64,000 nt of DNA from Lytechinus pictus (GCF_037042905.1 NC_087251.1:41046001-41110000); one strand, 5' to 3'. Numbered from the stretch's first letter, positions 1 through 11,606 are shown. Program-made: numbers and translations. Notes: generated from the sequence alone by a model not told the origin.

Positions 1-1102
1 CACGATTCTTGTCGAAATTTTCAACAAAATCGGATCGTTTTTTGATCATCGGCAATTATCATCCCTCCGGTTACGGATGATTAATACCTTCAATCCGAAT
101 CTTACAACCTCTTAAGTTCTTCTCAAACGTTGAGCTTGTATGGCCTAGTCCGTCATGGCACCTGTCGGTCGTTCTTGACGCTTGACTAACTCCCTCTGGG
201 ATCGGTATTCAGGGTATCTTTTGTCTGTCTATCAGCCGAGATCCCTCCTGTATCTGTTTATATATAACCATTTACAGTACTAAGCTTTGCATACTTATGC
301 ATCGCTCCCGGACCGTTGCCGGGATTGGCTTAGATTAGGTGTGACTTCTAACCCTCTTCTTTGTTTGCCATTCTTCAGACAATTCCCAACTCTGTGAAGT
401 TGGTTGTTTTGTCGCGCAAGCCGTTTGCGGCAGCTTCTCGAGACATCTTTCACGCTGGATTGTTGAAACGATCAAGTCAGTTGGTGATGATGTTCTCCTT
501 CAGACACTAGGCCGAGGGCCCATGATATTATAGTATCATTCTTCTTGGGCTCTTTCTATGGAATCGTCGTATACGACATCTTGAGGACCGCCTTTTTGGC
601 GCTCTTCTAATTCCTTGTTCTTAAGGACCTTTCTTCACATGAGGCCTTATTTGCCTCCTCTGTCCTTAAGGCAGCGGCCTTTCGTGTCTTCATCTCCCTA
701 TTTTTGTACGCACTTTCTTAGTCTAGACATGCCTCCCTTCACGTTGAATCCGTGTTGGTCTAGCAAATCAAATGAGTATATCCCAGTTATTGATGTAAAT
801 TATGAAAATACTTACGTTTATTTTCTTATTTACAAGATAAATGGATATACTCATTTGAACCCTCCCACCTACCCCTCGCCTTGCGTGGCAACATGTCTTG
901 CGTGCAGGCTCATGAGAGGAAATGGACGCCAAATTGCGCGATGATCTTGGGATAGTGCGTTCATAGGGAGATGTAGCGCGCGCGCAGGAAAATTGTGGAC
1001 TGTATATTCGGCGTGCTGGTTCATCGTAATGAACAAGCAAATCAAATGAGTATATCCAGTTATCTCGTAAATAAGAAAATAAACGTAAGTATTTTCATAT
1101 TT
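1..1102 (+). mobile_element. DIRS1-type retrotransposon, 3' portion (decayed tyrosine recombinase, ICR, right ITR); continues beyond window start
   Basis: Near-identical to 16546-17545. Degenerate YR C-terminus (SRWIVETIK...PRAHD...SSWAL...DILRTAF). ICR at ~761-860 is complementary both to the element's right end (~1036-1102) and to the left end seen at 11858. Ends in TTT. Confidence 0.88.
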
Positions 1103-1427
1103 CTTGACAATGTTATCATTAAGTTCATTGTATCTTACAAAGTTAGAAATGGTAAATAAAATAACAAGGATTTCTGAGGCCCAGTTCTGATAAATTATCT
1201 CTTAGGGTTTAAGGCTGCTCTGAACTAGTCACTGTTGCATCTGCACCCGACCACGCCATGGAACTTTCGTTCTGTTGCTGTGTACCCGTGAGGATGATGA
1301 GGGTGCTACTGTACATTTAAAGAGATATTTTCCCTCCTGTTTTAAATAATTCTGAATAATTGATAGTGCTACTTGTGGATCTGAAATGTCTTGCATACTT
1401 TTTAATAACGTTTATTAGGCATTTAAT

Positions 1428-1610
1428 CTTCATTTGCCACTCTCCACCCAGGTGTAGTAAATGGGTACCTGGCAGGAAGGAATTTCTTGAATGCTCGAGC
1501 GTCTGATCAGGGTAGCCGTGCTTAAGCCGGGGTAATAGTATGCAGCGCTTAGAAACATTTATATTAAGCGCTTTATACATGTTGCATATTATTAGCATTA
1601 TTATTAATAA
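1428..1610 (+). mobile_element. 5'-truncated tRNA-derived SINE
   Basis: Shares the core ccactctccacccaggtg...aaatgggtacctggcagg with the SINEs at 10860-11159 and 22195-22551; ends in an (att)n-like tail. Confidence 0.7.
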
Positions 1611-1637
1611 CATTTTTTCCTCTCTTGTATTAATCAG

Positions 1638-1829
1638 ATATTGCAGACAAGGTTCAATAGTTTCACTAAAGACATCCTGACCAACGAAGGTCGTATCAGA
1701 GCTATAGGTAACAAGGCAAACACCCTTATCAAGAGCGGTATTGATGAGGATGATACCGTAGCAACGAGATGCCAAGAGCTTGAGATCAGATGGGATGAAC
1801 TCAAGGAGGCTACTAATGCCAGAACACAG
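1638..1829 (+). CDS. SPTBN5: Beta-heavy spectrin-like, internal exon (spectrin repeat)
   Basis: ag|ATA...CAG|gtgag, 192 nt, phase 0-0. ILQTRFNSFTKDILTNEGRIRAIGNKANTLI...RWDELKEATNARTQ is a spectrin-repeat pattern. Upstream exons lie outside the window. Confidence 0.9.
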
Positions 1830-1881
1830 GTGAGAAGCAGATAAAATCCTGTGATGGATGTAAATATCTGTAAATCACAAA

Positions 1882-2148
1882 GGCCCGTATTCTTAAGTCA
1901 GGTTAAACTTAGACCATGGTCTAACTCTGTGCTAAAATTATGGGAAGCCAAAAGTCTCAATTTTTATTAAGTTGCATTTTTTTTTAATGTTTACTGTGCT
2001 CTTTTCTGATTCATCGATGGTGAAGATAATCATCTATTTATACTTCCTAGACAATACTGTAAGTGATTTGTGTAACAATTGGCTATCCATACTTGAACCA
2101 CAACTTTAAACCTGTGTTTAAGTTAAACCCGACTTCAGAATACGGGCC
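1882..2148. mobile_element. MITE with TIRs (Harbinger-like)
   Basis: Termini ggcccgtattcttaagtc / gacttcagaatacgggcc are inverted repeats. Confidence 0.7.
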
Positions 2149-2989
2149 AAAGAGATAAGCTACAAATCATATTTTAGTTATGATAATATTCCCCACTAGT
2201 AGACTGTATCATATTATCTTATGTCTCTGTCAAAATTTTCTCTCTTCTACAAAAATGAATCAATTTTTCATTTTATTTTGTTTTTAGTGAAGGTATACAT
2301 TCAATTCAAAGTATTGATTGACCCCTTGGGCATTGCAAGAAACTTGCGATCAATTGCAAGTCTATTTCCAGTCCCTAAATCATTCATATGTCCTGCAAGT
2401 AATTGTTAATTTGTGATTGATTGGTAATCTGCTCCTTGAAACAAGGAGTGTAATCTGATTTGCTACAGTTAAAATTGATCTATTAATTGTAAAATTGCAA
2501 CAGAATATTTGCAATTGATTGCAAATATTTTCTTGCAACAAGTAAAGCACTTAGCATTTAACTTGGTTAAGCTAGGTAAGGGGGCTACCTTAAGCAAAAT
2601 ACTTAGCCAAAAAAGACATTTGAATACCAAAAATGGATAAGTATTTTACTTAAGCAAAATACTAAGTAAAATTCTGGCCTAAGTGTTAAATTGAATACAA
2701 GGCTCAGGAATTAATTTTCAAAAGTTAATTTATATTAATGATTTTATTTACCAAGGGTAGCATCTTCGGCATTAATTCTGTAGTCCATCATTAAACGCAG
2801 TCAGGTTTGGTTTGCCCGCTGGGCTGGGTTCACCTCAGTGGAGAAAATGATAATCAGTCAGTTTTAATTGTTTTGAATTAATGTAGCTTACTGTCACCAG
2901 TTTTCAATTGTTTTTAAGAAAAGAGTTATGAAATGGAACAGATGTGTATGAAGATTCATTGAAGTATTTTGGTAATGACTTATCTGTAG

Positions 2990-3145
2990 GCTCTAGCTGA
3001 TGTGCGAGTAGTCCATGCCTTTGATCGAGACATTGCTGAGACCTTAGCATGGATACAAGAGAAAGATACAGCTATATCCAGTGAGGATTATGGTCATGAT
3101 CTACCCAGTGTTCAAGCTTTGGTCAGAAGACATTCAGGCTTTGAG
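2990..3145 (+). CDS. SPTBN5: Beta-heavy spectrin-like, internal exon
   Basis: ag|GCT...GAG|gtgaa, 156 nt, phase 0-0. ALADVRVVHAFDRDIAETLAWIQEKD...EDYGHDLPSVQALVRRHSGFE. Confidence 0.92.
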
Positions 3146-3259
3146 GTGAATATCACTACTTCTTTCTGCTTTTACAGTCAAACTTAGTGACCACTTGTAT
3201 AGAAGAACTACCTGTCTATAAAGTCAACAATTTTGATTTCTCTTGACTTGTATCCCCTG

Positions 3260-3475
3260 AGGGTTGTTTCACAAAGATTTAAGTATGACTTAAAGAGTCG
3301 CACTTAAATGCTGACGCGTATATGACATGGAACGTGCATTCTTATTGATCAATACGCAGTAGTGCGCGTCCTCTTGGCATGATGTGACCAATGCGACCAT
3401 GCCTTTTATAATGCATGCAACTAGGCACTTAAGTGCTACTCTAAGTCATACTTAAATCTTTGTGAAACACCCCCC
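3260..3475. mobile_element. Palindromic MITE
   Basis: gtttcacaaagatttaagtatgactta at the left end is the reverse complement of taagtcatacttaaatctttgtgaaac at the right end. Confidence 0.7.
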
Positions 3476-3796
3476 TTGCCTGGATTATAAGGACTTGGCT
3501 GTTAAGATTCCCTTCTCATAAACATGTTTTTTCATGTTTCCCTTGGACAGTGCTTAGACACTGGTTTACTGTTCATTGTTTCATTTTAAATATATTGTAG
3601 ATGTGTTCATCATATGTTGATTGATTGATCAAAAAAAAATTAACGACACTATCAACACATGCGTGTCATATAAGTGTCGGACAGTTAATCTGGAAAGGTT
3701 ACTATAATACAGTACAAATTACCCTAATGCAACTTTACAAAGGAACAGGATTATAAATTAGTAATTATCAGTAATAAATTAATACGTTAACTACTT

Positions 3797-3967
3797 CCCC
3801 GGGATAACTACCCTACTCTTTACGAAAAGTGGAGTAGGTTTTTTAACGTGCAAATGGTGTGACTATCCCTTACACGGGACCGACGGCTTAGAGTCTCCTC
3901 CGAAAGACTAGACAATTGGAATAAAATACCTTGCCCAAGGGTATACCTGTTGTGATTGGGATTCGAA
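3797..3967 (-). mobile_element. V-SINE-like segment (B-box remnant plus V-domain) in the LINE 3' UTR
   Basis: Minus strand reads ttcgaatccc...cccttgggcaagg...gtctttcggaggagactctaagccgtcggtcccg...cacttttcgtaaaagagtagggtagttatcccggg. This matches my recollection of the V-domain consensus. Confidence 0.65.
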
Positions 3968-3978
3968 AAATTTCCCAC

Positions 3979-6900
3979 CTAAAATCTAATAAAGAGATTG
4001 ATCTCCTTTAGGAAATTTACAATACATAATCGTGAAATATCTCTAAATAATTTCTTAAGGTCAGGAACATCATAAAAGTTAGTACGAATATGTGCAAAAT
4101 CAGCACATTCGATGAGGATGTGTTTAACTGTAAGTGTACGATTACATGATATGCATTGAGGTGGATTTTCTCCTGCAAATACATATGCATGTGTTAAGTG
4201 AGAATGTCCAATACGAGCACGGGTCAATACAATGTCTTCCCGTCGTTTTGCTAATGGAAGAGTATTTTGTGATTCAAGTCTTGGTTGGTGTTGATGGAGT
4301 TTATTATTAGGATTTAGATCCCATGATGTTTGCCATTTATTTCTAATATAAGTATTAACCTTTTGATTTTAGATCAGTGTAAGGTATCTGTATTTCTGTT
4401 ATATCCAGATCTAAAGCTTCTTTAGCTAACTTATCAGCTTTTTCATTACCTTGAATACCTGTATCAGGGTCGGAATTACACGGGGGCGACGGGCGAATTT
4501 GCCCCCATGACAGCCCAAATCGCCCCTAAAAATTCCCAAAACCCAATGCTTTGGGGCGACTATTTATTTCAGAATCGCCCCAATAAAATATCATCGACAA
4601 TGTAAAAAATACTTCACATAATAACGTTCTCCGGCGGCGGAGCAAGCGCATCTTTTATATCGCCCTTGCCAGCTTTAAGTTGAACGGTCGATGCAATATC
4701 CGAACCTTCCGTAACACCGGAAGCTTCGCGATTGTAAATGAACGCGCAATGCAATATGGGATGCGGAGTACGCATAGTCTTTAGCACGGGGTTTTTAGAA
4801 TTGTTGACGCACTTGCCGCATGGCTTATGTACACGTACGCGTGCACGATTAGACTGCACAGCTGGTAACGAGACCACGTGCATCGCACGGTATACTATGT
4901 GTACTAGGATGCACAGAATTGTATGCGATCAGCTGGTGATTGTGACAACGCTGATTATCGACATCGTCGAGTCGGAGTGCGAGATGGATAAGTTTCTAAT
5001 TCGAGTTCAACCTGGCTCTGCCAAACGGCCAGAGCCAGCAACGGAAGCCTCTCCAAATCGAGATACTGTTGAGAAGGATAAGCCAAAAAAGAAGCCAAAA
5101 AAGAAACAGTACTGTACAGAGACAATCGACAATAAAGTCTTGGGGCCTCGATTCGCTCGAAGCTGAAGGCGACTCTGGTGCACTAGCGTACCTACGGAGG
5201 GGGGCAGTCTGCCCCCCCTGACGAGTCACAACCCATGCACTTTTTTTTTTTTTTTTTTTTTGCTTGTCACATTTTTGGGCGGACGAATTTGCCCCCCTGT
5301 GAAAAATCCTAGGTACTCTATTGCTCTGGTGGGATCACTGTTGTTCATTGTAAGGCCTGTAGCCTACACTACAGTAATTACATTAAAAAATGTTCTGAGC
5401 TTTTAGGCATCACATTGAGTCTCGGAATGTCATAAGGTAATTGCTGATATGCGATAAAAAAGTAGCCCCATGAATTAGAAAATAGCCCCAAGATATTCAG
5501 TGGTAGCCCCAATGTAAAAAAAAAAGTAGCCCCTAAAAAAAAATAATTAATTCCTACCCTGACCTGTATGGCTTGGTATCCAAACAAATATTATTCGTTT
5601 ACCTAGTGTATTGATTTTATACAGAATTTCCAATAACTGAACAATATAAGGATGTTTATGATTTCTACTTTGTAATGCCGTTAAAGAAGACAAAGAATCT
5701 GTATAAATAACAAAAAGTCTACAGACACAGTTTTCTACAACACCTAAAGCCATTTTCAAAGCTAATAACTCAGCAGTATATATGGAAGAACTATCTGGCA
5801 ATCTAACTTGTTTTTGTATAGGACCACTTATACAAGCTGCACCTACTTTATTCTGGTGTTTTGATCCATCTGTATAGATTGCACGATAATTACTATATAT
5901 ATGTCTTATTTCTCCAAATTTATTTAGGAAAACTAAATCACTTGTAAAACCCTTTTTATATGTTCTTAGTGTAAAATCAATTACTGGTTCAGCAATCATC
6001 CATGGTGGAATATTAGATATCAAGGAAGGAGCTACGTTAGTAGCATCCAGTATATGTGTTAAAGCTTCTTTAGTACGTAAACCAAAAGTTTTGATGGCTG
6101 ATGGTTTACTAGTATAAAAATTAATATATCGTGGCGTGAATGTACAATCATATGTCGGATTATGAGAGTTATTTTTTAATTTTATCGCATAGTGTAAAGA
6201 GAGCTTTTCGTACCTTAGATGTAAGGGGGGTTCATTAGCCTCCACATAAAGACTCTCCATAGGAGATGTACGAAATGCTCCTAGACAAAGTCGAAGTCCT
6301 TGATTCTGTATGGGTTTCAATTTTTCAAGATATGACTTTCGAGCGGAACTATAAACTGCACTGCCATAATCAAGCTTAGATCTAACTAAAGATCTATATA
6401 AACGGAGAAGGACAATGCGATCAGCACCCCAATCCATTTTGGACACAACCTTCAAAAGATTTAAAGCTTTATGACACTTTTGTCTTACATAATCAATATG
6501 AGCTTTAAAATTGAGTTTATTATCAAAGATTTAGCTTAGGTATTTAGTTTGTTGAACTACAGGAATGATAGAGCCATTTATTATAATTTTAGGATCTGGA
6601 TGTACTGATCATTTAGTACAAAATGTACACAAACTGTCTTGGTTTTCGAAAAGCGGAAACCATTCTCATCTGCCCACCTTTCAATTCTATTTAGACAATT
6701 TTGTAATACTGTTTCAATGGTCGACATACTTCGTGACGAACAAGAAATACAAAAGTCGTCCACAAACAAGGACTTATCAAACCTAGGATTTACAACGTCA
6801 ACAATGCTATTGATCTTCAATAAGAACAAAGTAACAGAAAGTATGCTACCTTGAGGAACACCCATTTCCTGATTGTGTAATTCTGAAAAAGTTGACCCAA

Positions 6901-8770
6901 GGCGGACTCAAAACACACGATTCGAAAGAAAATTCGGAATGAAAATGGGCAACCTGCCCCTCAACCCAAGATTGAAAAGGTCTCTCATAATTCCATACTT
7001 CCAAGTAGTATCATAGGCCTTTTCAAGATAAAAAAAGACAGATACCACATGGTGACCTCGAATAATGCCATCACGAATGAAGGATTCAAGGCGAATAAGT
7101 TGATCAACAGTGCTTCGATTATGACGAAAACCACTTTGAAACTTTGAAATCAAACCACGCTTCTCCAAGAACCAAACTAATCGGGCATTAATCATTCTTT
7201 CCATGGTTTTACAAAGACAACTAGTCAAAGAAATGGGACGATAATTTGTAGGCTTAGATGTATCCTTACCAGGTTTCGGAATAGGAATAATGGTAGCTTC
7301 CCGCCACGAATCTGGGAAGTCACCTGTTCTCCAAATTGTGTTTAATATATCTAAGTACTAAAAGAGATGCTTCTGGTAAATGTTTTAAAAATTGATAATG
7401 AATGTCATCTGGACCAGTTGCAGTATCATGACATTTACCGAGTGAGTTTTTCAACTCAGAGATAGTAAATGGGATATTATAATCCTTTACATTATTTGAT
7501 AAAAATTGAGTTCCTGACTTTCTGCTTGATTTTTATAAATCTGAAATGTAGGAGAATAATGATTAGATGATGAGTTATGTTCAAATTCCTCTGCCAGTAA
7601 ATTAACAATATCTGTCCTTTCTGTACATTTTTCATCATCCGATTTAGTCAAATAAGATACAGAATTACTCAGATGTTTTCCACATATTTTCCTCACCATT
7701 TCCCACACTTTATTAATGGGAGTATGAATATTCAGTTTAGAAACATAATTTTTCCAAGATTGACGTTTATTTTTCTTGATAATATTGCGTGTGTTTGCTC
7801 TTGTTTCTCGATATTTTCGCAAATTGTTATTATTTGGGTATTTTTTAAATTTCCTTAAGGCCTTTTTACGACATTTAACAGCTTCTTTACATTCAGCATT
7901 AAACCAAGGATTATGTTTACGATGAGAAGAACCAGATTTTGGTATCGTATTGGTAGCTATATCAAGTAATGTATGAGAAAACAAAGCAAGAGTATCCTGT
8001 ATCCTGAAAATTATCATTATTAATATTTAATAAACACTGATTTGAGAAAGCATCCCAATTTGCTTTGTGAAGTTGCCATTTAGGAACTTTTTCCTCTGGC
8101 AAAGGTCTTACAATTTCAATAAGAATAGGGAAGTGATCGCTACCACATTGTACACTATGGACTTTCCATTGGAAATCCATAAAAATATTAGGTGAACAAA
8201 TAGATATATCGATAGCCGTCATGGAACCAGAGGCTGGATGAAGATATGTAGGAGAATCATCATTTAAAAGACATAAATCAAAATGTTCAAGCATTAGCTC
8301 AACAATATTACCTAATCTATTTGAGTTCTGACAGCCCCAAAGGGAACTGTGAGCATTAAAATCCCCTACTAACAAAAAAGGTACAGGAAGCTGGTTAACT
8401 AGTCTAACTAATTCAGCTTCTGAAAGCTCATGTCTAGGTGGAATATATATGGAACATATTGTAAAAGTGCAGTGGAGGGTTATTTTAGCTGCAACAGCTT
8501 GTAGATTAGTATGAAGTTCAAGAGCTTCACGTGGAACTCCTTTCTTAATCAATATTGATGAACCTCCAATAGGTCTACCATCTATCAAAGAAGTACTAGT
8601 TTTATTAAACATATCATAACCCCTAAATGAAATATTATCTGAATCTCTCAAAAATGTTTTTTGTAAACACATAACATATGGATTATGATTAATTAAAAGA
8701 CATTTTATTTCCTCATAATTAGGTTTTACTCCTCGACAGTTCCTTCGAACAACGGCTTTTTCCTTCCCAT
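3979..8770 (-). pseudogene. LINE ORF2 (AP endonuclease, reverse transcriptase, RNase H, CCHC), frameshifted and interrupted
   Basis: APE motifs GDFNAH and SDHFPI. RT motifs FFYLEKAYDTTW, GVPQGSILS, LFVDD. RNase H motifs YTDGS, AELLA, IYTDSLS, WIPSH. C-terminal CISCNRTLTVKHILIEC. Split over several ORFs. Confidence 0.92.
4465..5561 (+). mobile_element. Non-autonomous hAT-superfamily DNA transposon nested in the LINE RNase H domain
   Basis: TIRs cagggtcggaatta / taattcctaccctg. 8-bp TSD acctgtat (4457-4464, 5562-5569). Removing it restores WIPSHTGIQGNEKADKLAKEAL. Confidence 0.9.
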
Positions 8771-8780
8771 GATAATATAT

Positions 8781-10064
8781 TTACGTATTATCTAATTTTT
8801 GAACCAGTTTAATTTTAGAGGAGGGTTGATGAATTGGATAAATATCCATATCTTCATCTCTCTCAATTGATAACACATCATACTTATTTTTAGTTACTAC
8901 TGAGTCAGTTAACTTTGGTTTTGATACATTTATCTGAGGTTTACTTTTCACTTTAGTTGATGGTTTTTTAGTTTCTTGATTACTTGAAGTATTTCTAGTG
9001 GGAGGATCCCGTGAGAGACTTCGACTTCGGCGACCATCCTTAGTCTTAGTCTGCCCCTTCTTCTGTTGATCTTGTTTTTGAGTTTGAGACTTAGGTTTCT
9101 CTGTATTTGTTGCTTTATTATTTTCAAGAGTCACAGGGAAATCACCATTTAACCAAGTTATGTCAGTTTGGGTAGTGGCTGTAGTCTTAGGCTGTTGAGT
9201 TACTTTAGATTGTTGATTAGTTCCTCCAGTACTTTGTTTGGCCTTATCTGTGTATGAACAACTTTGAGTATGTTGTGTTTGATACAGCTTCCGTGCTTCA
9301 GGATAGGATAGGTTACCCAAAGCTTTCAGTTCTTGGATTCTTTTCTCCTCGATCCACTTTGGACATGACCGAGAATTAGCAGGATGACTGCCACCACAGT
9401 TGATACACTTTGATGGAACTTGGCAGGAAGAGCCAGTATGATCATCCTTGCCACAATTCTCACAACGCTCATTCAGTTGACAATTGCTTCTGAAATGGCC
9501 AAATTTTTGGCACTTGAAGCATCGAATGGGGTTTGGGATGTAAATATCCACCTTTACTTGCAAATAGCCAACCTTGATATATGGAGGAATGGTAGATCTG
9601 TTAAAGGTTAGAAACAAGGTATTAGTTGGTTTCTTAATTCCATTCTGATTGACTGTTACTCTATGGACATTGATTACTTGCTGATCAGCAAGTTCCTCAA
9701 GAATTTCATCATCGTCGCAGTCTCTAAGTTCAGGGCAGCGAACTACCCCTTTACACGAGTTTAAGGTCTTATGTGGTGAGACTTTAATAGGAATATTGAC
9801 AAGTTTGTCGGTCTTGAGCAAATTACTCGCCTGACCAGCTCTCTCGACTTCCACCAGAATATCACCTGATCTTAACCTTTTGATTGACTTCACAGGTCCA
9901 GCTAATGACTCGACACCTTTATTTACAGCAAATGGCGATAGTTTGAGTGGTTTATTTGGATCACTACCCTGAATGACCAGAAAACGTGGGAAGTTAACTG
10001 GCTCAATACCATCATTGGAATCACTTCTACTCCGCTTATTGGATTGTTTGTTGAAATTAGCCAT
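8781..10064 (-). CDS. LINE ORF1, gag-like nucleic-acid-binding protein (427 aa, intact)
   Basis: Open ORF with knuckles CFKCQKFGHFRSNC, CENCGKDDHTGSSC and CINCGGSHPANSRSC; N-terminal LSPFAVNKG...KRLRSGDILVEV is typical of I-group ORF1. Confidence 0.9.
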   Translation of the reverse strand: MANFNKQSNKRSRSDSNDGIEPVNFPRFLVIQGSDPNKPLKLSPFAVNKGVESLAGPVKSIKRLRSGDILVEVERAGQASNLLKTDKLVNIPIKVSPHKTLNSCKGVVRCPELRDCDDDEILEELADQQVINVHRVTVNQNGIKKPTNTLFLTFNRSTIPPYIKVGYLQVKVDIYIPNPIRCFKCQKFGHFRSNCQLNERCENCGKDDHTGSSCQVPSKCINCGGSHPANSRSCPKWIEEKRIQELKALGNLSYPEARKLYQTQHTQSCSYTDKAKQSTGGTNQQSKVTQQPKTTATTQTDITWLNGDFPVTLENNKATNTEKPKSQTQKQDQQKKGQTKTKDGRRSRSLSRDPPTRNTSSNQETKKPSTKVKSKPQINVSKPKLTDSVVTKNKYDVLSIERDEDMDIYPIHQPSSKIKLVQKLDNT

Positions 10065-10564
10065 ACTACTCTTTTTTTAATTCAGCACCATTGCTCCCCA
10101 CCCACCATCGGAGTCCAACAAGGGGACGTCATATATATATATATAAGGATAATCACTTATACTGACGCCAGAGATTTAGCAGTGCTATACTCCGAGCAAA
10201 CCAAAATCCACCCTGATTGACCTACTTAAGCAGTTGCCTTCTAAGATACTATACCAAAGTAAATTGAAAGTAGTGTCAAAAGAATCCAAGTTCAAACTAT
10301 CACATCGCTTGAGACCAAACAACACAAAACCCAAAAATACACATCAAGAGACAACAAGAAATAAACCAGTTAAAATAGCATCTTAGGGCTGAACACCACC
10401 AGCCGATTGATTTTAACCAGGCTTATAAAAACCTCCCGACTAGGAGAATCCAGGGCCAAAATGACGTGTTGTTTCAGGAGGACCGCAGTCACACCATCCA
10501 CTCAATCATCAGGATACCTTTCTCCCCCAACACGGGTCGCAGTCCACGGCAAACAGACTGTCTC

Positions 10565-10634
10565 TTTTAGTCGCCTCTTACGACATGCAGAGAATACAGC
10601 GGGCCTATTCTCTAATCCCCGAACCCACAGGGGA
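10565..10634 (-). ncRNA. Structured RNA motif at the LINE 5' terminus (three hairpins, possible loop-loop pairing)
   Basis: Stems UCCCC/GGGGA, AGAGAAUA/UAUUCUCU and GUCG/CGAC; loops GUGGGUU and GGCCCGC are complementary allowing G-U pairs. Confidence 0.55.
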
Positions 10635-10859
10635 TTCATCACATGTTGAAGAATATGAAGTAACTTTCAATTTTTTTTCAAGAAAATACCTCACTTTGTC
10701 TGTCAAAGGGACCTTTTGTGTGTGTGTTACAGAAGAATGTTACCAATATTATAAACCTGCCAAAGTCTTTGAGTGTCATCAAATAATGTACATAAAGCTC
10801 AAGGAGCTGTGATGAACTAGAATTTTGTAATTGATGGTGGAATGAAATGATGCAGAATA

Positions 10860-11159
10860 TAATGATAATAATAAAATAGTCAGTTCTTGTATACCGCATA
10901 ACACATTATGAATAAAGTCTCTATGCGCTTCCGAAGGACTTGGATATTATTACCCTGGATGTAGCTCAAGCAGCTTTTACGTGCTCGGCATTTCATGGAA
11001 TAAATTCCTGCCAGGTACCCATTCACCTCACCTGGGTTGAGTGCAGCACAATGTGGATTAATTTCTTGCTGAAGGAAACTACGCCATGGCTGGGATTTGA
11101 ACCCACAACCCACTGTTTCAAAGACCGGAGACTAATCCACTCGGCCACAACGCTCCACA
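10860..11159 (-). mobile_element. Full-length tRNA-derived SINE
   Basis: A box tggccgagtgg, B box ggttcaaatcc, conserved core cactcaacccaggtg...aatgggtacc, (att)n-like tail. Confidence 0.85.
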
Positions 11160-11388
11160 ATATAGAATTTACAACATCAAGCTATGCACTAATAAGCGCT
11201 GCTGAAGAAGCAGCTGCTACTCACCGTAGTTGCACTTTGTGTCCTCCAGAAAAAAAGTGCTTTATTAATCCAGATATTGTTTTATATATTAACTTTTTGA
11301 GTGGAAATTGAGCAGAGGACGTAAAGCAAGTAATGAAATTGACCTTCTTTCAAAATACCTCTTTGAATTTGATCTTGTTGATTTTCAG

Positions 11389-11606
11389 AGAGACCTTGTC
11401 GCTGTTGAAGAGAAGGTAGAATCCACCTCGGCTCAAGCAGCCCAGCTTGTTGAGGAATACACGGACGCTTATCAGCATATCAGTGAGGAGAATGATACTA
11501 TGGTGTCTGCATGGAATATGTTACTAGAGAGAGCTGCTTTGAGGAAAGATAGATTGATGCAAGCAGAACAACTTCAGCTTTACTTCAATGAATTCAGGGA
11601 ACTCAG
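11389..11606 (+). CDS. SPTBN5: Beta-heavy spectrin-like, internal exon
   Basis: ag|AGA...AG|gtaag, 218 nt, phase 0-2. RDLVAVEEKVE...SAWNMLLERAALRKDRLMQAEQLQLYFNEFREL. The QAEQLQ-YF motif resembles karst/beta-H repeats as I recall them. Confidence 0.92.

Larger units (their letters stand above)
3621..10634 (-). mobile_element. Full-length I-group (Nimb-like) non-LTR retrotransposon
   Basis: 15-bp TSD ttcatcatatgttga (3606-3620) / ttcatcacatgttga (10635-10649). (tcaa)n 3' tail. ORF1 with three zinc knuckles; ORF2 with APE, RT, RNase H and terminal CCHC. Confidence 0.93.

Noticed and set aside
615..944. Duplicated ~109-aa ORF (also 17161-17487) as a novel small gene
   Set aside because: It starts at TTG, runs across the DIRS ICR and ITR, and recurs only because the element is duplicated.
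11080..11159. tRNA gene (also 22475-22551)
   Set aside because: A and B boxes run directly into a SINE core and simple-repeat tail, so these are SINE heads.
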